Below, piece after piece: positions 1 through 9,925 of a stretch of 60,392 nt of DNA. How positions within the stretch are numbered: position 1 is the stretch's first letter; every line of letters begins with the position of its first letter. A model generated the notes under the pieces. That model was not told the DNA's origin. It saw only the letters and a program-made list of their open reading frames with translations, and made no database searches. The stretch spans positions 1 through 60,392 of the forward strand of contig JBNGIO010006095.1 of NCBI GenBank assembly GCA_049999805.1, given 5' to 3'. The position numbers and the translations under genes were made by a program. Source of the DNA: Folioceros fuciformis. Lineage: Eukaryota.

Positions 1-415
1 TTGAAGGGCCAAAGCACGTCAAGAGGGAGAGCTGAGGATGGGGGTGGGGATCAGATGAAGACCCAGAGTAAGCTAGATTCTGCTTGAAGAATTCAACCGC
101 GCGGGAAGTGGAGGCCCTTGAATGAGTGTCGAAGGATCTCTATGCCCCATGTGGGCTTCGAAAATGATGCTTAACATGAGGTAGGGGAGGGCGGTCATGG
201 ATATCATGGATAAACCTTATGATTAGGCAGGCCTCAATCACTGGCGATGGCGAGAGACCGAGGCCCCCCCTTAGAAATGTCTCGTTTATTCCAGGGTCCC
301 GAGACACTAGCCTCAAGCCCTGCAATAATGTAGTCAGGCAGAGGGGCGTTAGGTGCGTGCCGGTGGCTTATGGTCTAATTCAAGAGGAAATGAGAGTGTG
401 ATTTGCGGGGCTGAG

Positions 416-814
416 TATGGCATACTAAAGGGGACACGCCCCCTCTCTAGTTTTTTTACAAACACACGGCTTATGCTTCCGCTTTGGCGCGTACACGAGT
501 TTGAGGGCCAAAACCAAACCAAGCACGGGCGCACCCCCACCTATGGTTACAGGGAGTGTTTGGGCTTTCTGCCCTAAGGCTGCCTAGCGTGCTTGGGTGC
601 CCAGCGTGCTTGGCTTTTTGCCCTAAGGCTGCCCGACATCCAGCCCAATACGGCTGTAACCATTGACCCATGTCCCCTTTGGTGCGGCGTGCGGTTTGGT
701 TGGTTTACCAAAAGGGTAGGAAAGATATAGGCATCAAAAATGGAATATTCTGCTAGATACCATGGGAAACCCTGAAAAATGTATAGTGAGAGAGTGTCCC
801 CTTTGTATGCCATA
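416..814. mobile_element. Non-autonomous TIR element (MITE/foldback-like), 399 bp
   Basis: Left end tatggcatactaaaggggacac (416-437) is the reverse complement, with one indel, of gtgtcccctttgtatgccata (794-814). The identical 6-mer gctgag lies directly outside both ends (410-415, 815-820). Further internal inverted matches are present. Confidence 0.7.
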
Positions 815-2168
815 GCTGAGACCATGGAGAAGAAACCGTGCAGTGTACCAGACACTCTGCTCTGGAACCCTTTTACCTTCTCGTAGATGTAACACGCACA
901 AGTCTGAAAGCATGGCCGGTGTGGTGCACGGACCTCTTCGCGGAAGGCCCCGCGGCGGACAGCTCTCCACAGTGACTGAACATAGGCATATGCTAGGAGA
1001 TACCCGGGGAGATAGTACTAAAATTCTGACACCTCCCCTCTGTCCGATGTGGTATGCCATACGCCCCTTCCCGTCGTCGTCCACATATCCTATTCAACGA
1101 GTGGAACCGAACTGACTGACACCATACGTTTGGCACTGATTGCAAGAGCTGTAGACACAGGACGACAGCCTGGAGGAGCCGTGGATAGAGGACGACTTAA
1201 AACTCGTCATAACGTGGTCGCCGGAGCCATTGTGACAAATTATGTCAAAGCATACATATCCATCTCATCTCAGCAGTCTTGCCAACTTTCCTGCCCTTCG
1301 TGAATCGCATTGCAGACAGAAACATGGACAGTCAACATGTTTCATCGGAGAGCCTTGTGTATGCAAGCCCAAGGGGGTTTCTCATTCACGACTCTTGTCA
1401 CGATTCAGTGAAACAACGGAATCATGTGGATGCGTTGCTCAGGATTCTACACAGCAAGCATCATCGGCAAGCATCGCTAGAGAGACAGGGCACCCTTCCG
1501 GTTCGAATTCTGAATAGTGCACCACCGTCTGTATGGTGACTGGATTGTGAACTAACTATTCACACATGGAGAAGGAGTTCCAGGTCAGCTGTGGAAATCA
1601 AGGTGAGCTACAGAGCCACATCAGGTACTTCTGGACGTGTTGGGATTCCATCCCACACCTCCAGTGTAATCTGTCCCGCACTCTTACCAAACCAACCGGA
1701 ACCACAAATCCTCTCCCTACGACTTGAACCTGAACCGGCTTGCCACATGGGAGACTGAAGGTTTCGCCTCCTGCAACAGGCTGTGCTTGCCAGACACGTT
1801 TTCTTGGAACACTCGCATCCTGCTGTGGAAGAAACGTATAGGTGCAGATACTCACCTTGTTTTGCATTGCTTTATCCGTGGAAGCAAATGTCTCCTCACC
1901 AGTGTCTGCGTTCCGGGCTCAGGAATGCAGTCACCACAGGACGTCACTTAAAGCAGGAATGCACTTGTCGCTTGTGATTTTAGAGAGCAGGAAACTACCC
2001 ACTTCATCGGAATCTCTCACTCGCGTCCAACACACGAACCTCAAGATTTATGCCCTGCATCTCTTTGCTCTCGTCCTGCCAGAAGAACAGTACCTGCTGC
2101 ACAGTGTACGAGGAAGCAACACACAATCGACTACACTCACCCCATCATTGCCTACACTTACTTCCCTG

Positions 2169-2272
2169 CTGGGACTAATAAATCACATGTGGAAAAACTA
2201 TGTATTATGCACTCTTTGAGCTGGGACTAATAAATCACATGTGGAAAAACTATGTATTATGCACTCTTTGAG
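2169..2272. repeat. Perfect 52-bp tandem duplication
   Basis: ctgggactaataaatcacatgtggaaaaactatgtattatgcactctttgag occurs at 2169-2220 and 2221-2272. Confidence 0.95.
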
Positions 2273-2545
2273 CCTAAACCTGATTGAGCATTCCTACTAA
2301 GCTTCGGCAAGTGGGGGACAGGCAAATGTGAGTTAGATTAGGTGGGAAGGCAGGTGCGTTGCCGGTGGCGGTGAGGTAGGTGCATTCGGGAGATGGAGGG
2401 TCATGGGCACAGACTCATACGCCCGCCCAGCTTCAGCTCCAGCTCCACCTCCAGCACAAGATCTTGCAAAGCCGCTGGATGTCGCGGCTCCAGCTCGTCA
2501 GGATCCCCTTGCCTCCCGCACCTCCTTTGCAGCCCGCCCCCGTTC

Positions 2546-2645
2546 NNNNNNNNNNNNNNNNNNNNNNNNNNNNNNNNNNNNNNNNNNNNNNNNNNNNNNN
2601 NNNNNNNNNNNNNNNNNNNNNNNNNNNNNNNNNNNNNNNNNNNNN
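2546..2645. other. Assembly gap (100 N)
   Basis: Run of N. Confidence 1.
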
Positions 2646-3069
2646 CCTTCCAACCATCTCCTCTCTGCCCCGAGGCATGCCAACCACCTGATGGACCGCC
2701 TCATTTCCTCACGTCATGCCCGAAATGCGAAGGCAGACAGTCACACACGCCGAATGCGAGTCACGTTAACGCCAGATTCGATGACAGGATCGTCGGTTCC
2801 TCCAGGTCCGGTGCGAACCACACGGACCACGGCGTCCCTATCATCAGAACCACCAAGGTGCAAGATTCGCAAGGTGGTGTTCCTGGCCAAGCTCAGAAAC
2901 GCGGAGGCGAGAGACGAGTGACAGGATACAGCGCAGCCGCTGTTCTTCATACTCGTGTCCGGACAAGAGGGATAACGGACTCGCCAGACGCTCCCAAAGT
3001 GAAGGCAGCCTCAACCAGGTCTACACATTGCAAGGCAGTGAATGCATCTGTTTGCTGTGGCTAAGTATG

Positions 3070-3592
3070 TCACACACTTGGGATGTAAAACTCCACTTCC
3101 CGGATGTAAACAAGGGGAACAACACCATTGAACCCTTCTGTGAGTATGACGCCGTTGTCGGACATGAAAAGTTTCATCCCATCCTTGAGAGCTCTCCACA
3201 TCCAGGTGAATGAAAACTTCACAGATCTGTCGCATTCCGCTTATAACTCCGCATTGATTTGACAAGCCTGTGGCGAAGTGAATATGCAAGCGCCCCATTC
3301 TGCTCAATCCCACCTTCGTTATTTCATTCAAGTATGGGAGGTACGTACCATGGACATAAACTGCAACATCTTGAGCAGACAGAACTGGCGCCAAGAGGTG
3401 CTCTGTCTTGACCGCCGTGATCGAATGACCTTGATTAGCCCTAACAAGGAGCTTTCCAGTTTCCTCTAGCAGGCTAAATCTATGCTTCGTGTCGGAAGCA
3501 TCGGCATCTCGTACGTCGTCGATGGTATGTGACCTCAAGGCCACGCTTGCTGATGTCTTCACATTCAGCTTCAACAGCTCAGCTACATCTAT
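3070..3592 (-). other. Tpt1/KptA (PTS_2-RNA) domain segment, N-terminally truncated, intronless
   Basis: Motifs SHTIDDVR, KHRFSL, VRANQGHSI, VHGTY, GLSRMGRLHIHFA and GVISGMR. After a frameshift at ~3190 it reads ALKDGMKLFMSDNGVILTEGFNGVVP to a stop at 3072-3070. This is collinear with plant Tpt1. Confidence 0.92.
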
Positions 3593-5634
3593 GTCAAACA
3601 CCTTGTCACTGTCCGCTGTAGGAGTGATGCAATACTGTTCGCGCATAGCCTCAAAGTACCTGCGGCCCTTGGTCACTTCACCAGTGTGACTGCACGCTTT
3701 TAGCACACTAAGGAACGTAATGCCATCTGGCTGTATGCATTTGGAGAACCAAGTCAAACACCTTGTCACTGTCCCCTTGATGGGTGTACCCTGCAATAAG
3801 AGCACTCCAGGTGGTGACATCTCTGTTGGGCAATGTCTCAAAAACAAGCTGTGCATCAACCATGCTACTGCACTTCCCATACATGCTTATCAAACTGCGG
3901 GCCACAGGCAAGTCCCCTTGAAAACCTAGGTCTTTAATCTGTGCGTGAAGCTGCCTTCCCATACGTAAATCTGCCAGACTTCCACATGCCTGGAGCAGGG
4001 AAACAAATGTTACGGCGTTCGGCGCAACAATGCCTTCTTCTTGCATATCCCTGAAGAGGGCAAGGGCTTCCTGCCCCATGTCCAGCTGCGAATATCCTGT
4101 GATCATGGCGGTCCACGTCACCAAGTCCTTTCGAGGAAGCCCATCAAACACTCTGTGAGCATCTTCCAAGCTGCCACACTTTGCATACATGCAAACCAAA
4201 CTGCTAGCGACGAACACATCAGCTTCGTGTCCTCGTTCCATAATTTGCGCATGGAGCTGCTTCCCCGTCCCCAAAGCTGGTGCCCCTAAACTGGAACATG
4301 CCTGGAGGAGGCACACATAGGTCACAGCATTGGGTGACACGATGCCTTCGTCTTCCATAACCCGATACACACCAAGGGCTTCCTGAGCCATGCCTTGATG
4401 GGTGTATCCTGCTATCATAGCACTCCATGTCACAACTGTTTTATGACCAAGTCCATCAAACACGTCCCGAGCATCGTCCAGGCTGCCACACTTTGCATAC
4501 ATGTCTACCAAACTATTAGCTACAAATACATCGGCTTCAAGTCCGGCTTCTCTAATTTGTGCATAAAGCTGGTTACCATGGTCCAAAGCACGTGTGCCCA
4601 AACCTGAACATGCCTTTAGGAGGCAAACAAATGTTACTGAATCAGGCGCAACCATGCCTTCTTCTTGCATACACCTGTAGAGATGAAGAGCTTCCTGTCC
4701 CTTGCCCTGCTGGGTATACCCTGCAATCATGGCACTCCACACCACCACGTTTTTCTTAGGAAGTCCGTCAAATACCCTCAGAGCGTGGTCCAAGCTGCCA
4801 CACTTTGTATACATGTCCACCAAAGCAACTACAAACAAACAAGTCACCCTGCAAGCCGCCACTCAACACGTCAGCATGCACCTGCTGCCCAGATTCTAAA
4901 TCCCCTGCCCTAGCACAAGCCTGAAGGGCTGCTACAAAAACATGGCCATCTGGCTTCACACTCGATCTGCACAGCTCATGGTACAACTGTATGGCTTTCT
5001 CATCTTGTTTTTGTCTAACATGCGCAGAAATGATGGCAGACCACGTATACGCATCTGGTTCAGCTGCCATATTGAACACATCTCTCGCTTCTTGCAACCT
5101 GCCATGAGAAGCATACATTCGGAGGATGTGGTTGCACAGGAACGTGTCCGACTCATAACCTGTCTTCACGCTCAGATCATGAACACGGCGACCCAGAGGC
5201 AGATTCTTGCGAACCAAACATTCTTTCAGTACCGTGTATAAGAGGGATCTGGAGACCTCACAGCCGGTAAGCACCAGCACTCCCAGCGCATCGACAGCCT
5301 GGGCAAGCTGCCCTTGCCGACAGTGTGTGCTAACGCTTTCAGCCGTTACACCCCTTTGGCATCCTGCAGGCATCCGAGGCCCACCATCGAGTATATCCAG
5401 CACTCTCTGTATATCCAGCTGCTCATCCGCCCAGTCTGGCTTACGCACGTTGCTTGATCTGGAGAACCTCCTGGAGCTCCTCATCACGGAAGTCAGGCGA
5501 TGTGGAGCCATTGTCATCGTCACTGTGGTCCAAGCAGAAAAACAAGCAGCCGCAACACGTCCTGGTGACGCCCTCCTCTGGAAGGTCCACCAGGACACAT
5601 TGAGCAAATTGGGCGTCTTGCAAACATGCTGCAA
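3070..5634 (-). pseudogene. PLS-class PPR array fused to a C-terminal Tpt1/KptA RNA 2'-phosphotransferase domain; three frameshifts
   Basis: Consecutive ORFs 5634-4768, 4862-3708 and 3880-3011 carry P-L-S motifs (LVDMYAKCGSL, VVTWSAMIAGY, VTFVCLLKAC). Frameshifts lie near 4829 (+1), 3740 (about 11 nt deleted versus the paralogue at ~11535) and 3190. The last PPR motif (ACSHTG...ITPT) runs in frame into Tpt1 sequence. The 5' end is uncertain. Confidence 0.85.
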
Positions 5635-6369
5635 CTGCCGGCTTCATTGCCTCCTAAGGGCTGGCTCCTTGCGGTCACCTGAGCCAAGTCTCTTAAGAGC
5701 AAGAAGATGATATCATCCAGGCAGACATGGCTGGCAGGAGCACAAGGTGAGCCAACGGATGCAAGAGGCACCCACCCAAGTGCGCTTTCATCGCACAAAG
5801 CTTCACTAGATAGGACTCCTCTCAGGCGAGTGCAGTCAGGTGTCCAAGGCTGTGGGCGAAAGCATGGGGCATGGCGCCCCTGCATGAATGATTCCTCTGT
5901 TGAACGTACGCTCGGGACAAGATGAGTCGACAAGGGAAGGATATGGAGCATCTCCTGAGCACAACCTCATCGACGGAGCTGCAGTGACGGATGTGGTAGT
6001 AGCCATTGAAGCGTATGAGCTCATGTCATGCGGCTGATGAGACAGTTTACTTGAACAGTACTTGCACCAACAGATACCTCGCAAGAAAGTGAGCATTCCC
6101 TTCCTTGGCCTAACGCCTCGAGCCCTGGCCATAAAATTTTGATCTGCATGTAGCTCCGTAGGAGTCCCATCATGCCTTCCTTCCCCACAGGCTACTACGG
6201 GGGCGAAGGCATCATGCATACAACACGGTGGGGAAAGGAGCGCACCCCATCCAAGAACTGATCCGTCCCTGGGAGACTACCTGGGGAGTTCCAATGTCCT
6301 GACCTCTGGAGACTGCTTCAAAGGGATAACGGCATTGGCAAGCTCCCCTTCTCCTCCTGTTCGACTCTT

Positions 6370-9116
6370 TCAACTGCAACAATCGTTTGCGAATCGATGC
6401 ACTCGGTACCCATCTCTCACAACAATGTGACTCTTTTCAAGCCTTGACATGATCTCGGTGCAGCTGTGACAGTCACTGCACATGCGTAGATTCTTCGTCA
6501 CCACCAGGGGTGTCCCACTCGAAGTGTTCAACAGACCAAACGCCAGAGCTAGCTTCTCAGCATGCCCACAAAGCGCATCTTCCTTTTCCTTCTCACGCAG
6601 AGGCTTCAACACCAAATTTGTGCGAGGAACGTGGCCTCCTTCCTGCTTCAGTCGTGCATTCGTGCACTCTACCTTCAGCGCGATATCCTCTCTCCTGCCT
6701 CCCACCACAAATCTATGTACTTGCTTTTTCCCCTCAATGCTCGCAACTCCAGGTTTCTTGTTGGCTCCTGCTACTAGTCTCTGTGTTTCAATCCGGTCTA
6801 TATCGCTCCACCTGCCTGCATCTGCGCAGACATTGGCCATGAGCACATACGTGGGCGCCCACCGACAGTCCAGTTTCACCAGACTGTCGAAACACCACAT
6901 CGCCCTCTCTACATCTCCGTGACTTCTGCACGCATTCAATGGCGACGTCAGCCCCACAACATTCCTTCGGTCCTCACAAGACAAAACATTTTCTCAGCCT
7001 CATCTAAATGGCCTGTACGCCCAGAAAGGTCAACCATGCAATTGTAATGCTCAAGAGCAGGTTTGATTGATGGCATGCTCTTCAGCGATGGAATCAAAGT
7101 ACTTGCGGCTGGCCCTCGTGGACCAGTCCCTCGTGACTGCATGTTGCTACAAGGCATGTAAAAGTTGCACCATCAGGCGGAATACCAGCAAATAGCATCT
7201 CCTCAATACAAGCTTATGCTCTGTGCCCATCACCACCCACGCACCATACCCAGATGTCAGGGCATTCCATGTCACCACATTCCTTGTGGTCATGCTGTCA
7301 AAAACCTGGCGTGCATCTTCCAGTTCCCCGCATTTTGCATACAAGTCCACCAGGCAATTGCCACTACGTTGTCCAGCAGTCCACTTTCACCAATCTGTCA
7401 GTGCAGCTGCCTGCCCGTCTGCAAGGCACCTGTGCTGGCTCGGGCGTTGAGGAGGCAAGCAAAAGTAAAATGGTTAGCCAAAACAAGGCCTTTCTGCTCC
7501 ATTTGTTCGTACACCACAAGTGCCTCATGTCAGAGTCGTTGCTGGGAAGACCCAGCAGTCAGCACCGTCCATGTCACCACATCCTTGGTGGCCACGCTGT
7601 CAAACACCTGGCGTGCATCTTCCATGGAGTTCACAACCTTTTGCATACGTGTGGGCACCAAGCAGTTGCCCAACACCACGTTATCCACCAGTTTTTTTTC
7701 CACAATCTGTGATTGCAGCTGCCTGCCTCTCTGGGAGGCACCCGTGCTTCTGTAGGCCTTCAGAAGGTAAGCAAAAGTAACGTGGTTAGCCTCAACGTGG
7801 CCTTCTTCTTCCATTTGTTCATACAGAACCAGCGCCTCGCAAGCAAGAGCTTGCTGTGCATACCCAGCAATCAGGGCGTTCCATGGCACCACGTTCTTTG
7901 TGTTCATGGTGTTAATAACCTGGCGTGCATCCTCCAGTTCCCCACATTTTGCGTACATGTCCACCAGGCTGGTTCCCAAAACTATGTCATCCAGCAGGCC
8001 TCTTTCCACCATCTGTCAGTGCAGCTGCCTGCCCTTTCTGTAAGGCACCAGTAATCCGCTCCCACAGGCATTCAAGAAGCAAGCAAAGGTGACATGGTTT
8101 GCCAAAATGAGGTCCTCTTGCTCCATTTTTCTACATAGCAGAAGAAGAAGAAGAAGCGCATCTTGACCAAGTCGTTGCTGTGCATACCCAGCCATCAGAG
8201 CATTCCATGTCACCACATCCTTGGTGGCCAAGCTGTCAAACACCTGGCGTGCATCTTCCATGGAGTTCACAACATTTTGCATACATGTGGACACCAAGCA
8301 GTTGCCCAACACCACGTTATCCACCAGTTTTCTTTCAACAATCTGTGACTACAACTCCCTTCCCATCCATCTGTAAGGCACCAGTGCTTGCACATGAGTC
8401 CAGAAGACAAGCAAAAAGTAACATGCTTGGCCAAAAGCAGCCCCTCCTGCTCCATTTGTCCATACACAGCAAGAGCCTCATGTCCAAGCCCTTCCTGGCC
8501 ATACCCAGCAATCAGGGTGGTCCATGTCAACACATTCTTTGTGGAAAAACTCTCGAACACCTGGCGTGCATCTTGCAATTCGCCACATTTTGCATGCGTC
8601 CACCAGGGAGGTGCCAACAAACAAGTCAGGACGAATGCCACTGTGCAACACATCAGAGTGCACTCTACTGCCAGATTCCAAGTCGGCAGCGAATGCACGA
8701 GCTTGCAGGGCAGGTACGAAGACGTGAGCATCAGCCTTCACTCCTGACCTACGCATGTCATGGTACAGTTGTATGGCCTCTTTAGGCTTCCCACGTACGT
8801 ATACGCGGAGATCATGGAAAACCAAACGAAGGCATCTGGTTTGCACACCCTGGTGAACACGGTCATGGCCTCCTCCAGACTACCTCCACATGCATACATG
8901 CCGCGAGATATGGTTCCCCAAGTATGCATCCGCATCGTACCCAAGCTTCGCCGTAACATCATGAACTCTTCGTCCCACAGCCAAATCCTTCTTAGCTGTA
9001 CAATGCTTTAACACAGTGTATAACAGAGACTGTAAAATGGCAGTTTTTTCCTGTGCCAGAGAATCCAGGATGCCAACCGCCTCAGAAATCTTCCCCTGCT
9101 GACATAGCATGGTCAC
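6370..9116 (-). pseudogene. Decayed PLS-PPR-E-DYW:KP gene
   Basis: PPR motifs are spread over at least 8 short ORFs in changing frames. The C-terminal ORF 6984-6370 has ANKKPGVASIE, CGHAEKLALAFG, NLRMCSDCH and HRFANDCCS, then TGA where the last Cys is expected. Confidence 0.9.
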
Positions 9117-9925
9117 TGCTGTAGCCGTTAGTTACCATGCCCGTTTCCGAACCTATATGCATGCCACGTTCTGGCTTATAACGAAAGCACTTGGATAGAG
9201 AGACATCATGACTCATCTGTATACGTATCCAAGAAAACGAGCTGCTCATCCACCCATGCTGGCTTGGCTTATACATGCTGTGTAACCAGAGGACCTCGCC
9301 AGATCCCTTACGCCGGAAGTCAGGCGAACGGGAGCTCTTCGTATCTCGTTGCTCTGTTGTCCCACCACATGGTAGGGTCCAAGAAAAGTTGTTGCCACAA
9401 GTGCTTCTGCTCCTGGCGACGACCATCCTTGCAAAATCCGTCCCCACCCACACTACTCATCGGAAGCGGAACTGCTGGGCTCCTTGCACATGTACTGTAC
9501 TCAGCTTGGCACATCAGCCCATGGTTGTCGCAGGAAGCTACAATCATGGTTCAGGCTGGAAATTGCGTGGGAGGTGTTGGAGCGATGATTCTCGATTATG
9601 GTCCGGTGTAGTGAGCTTTCCGTTTGTCGCTCAGTTTCTATACTGGCTTCTGAAGCTGGCTGAAATAGGCAGTAGCCGGGGCGCAGTTTGTCCGTTCTTC
9701 GAAACGCAGAGTATGGCGCTGGCCCGTGATCGCCTGCTCCGGGGATGATACAGGTATTGAGGATGTCATCTCCGGCGATGAATCCGCTGCTCTGGTCTGG
9801 TCTGGCCTGGTGTCGGACATTGGACTCGATTTCAGGGTTTAAAGCAGGTCAGCAGGGAAAGAAAGAGGTAGGACTGTTTAGGCTCTCTCACAACAGCTGA
9901 TGTTCACAAATCTGCCCGAGCCTTT

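Noticed and set aside
843-2219. Short ORFs as a possible LINE or retroelement remnant
   Set aside because: No RT, endonuclease, RNase H or integrase motif was recognisable.
2380-3064. ORFs spanning the first gap
   Set aside because: Their length is inflated by Ns and no domain is recognisable.
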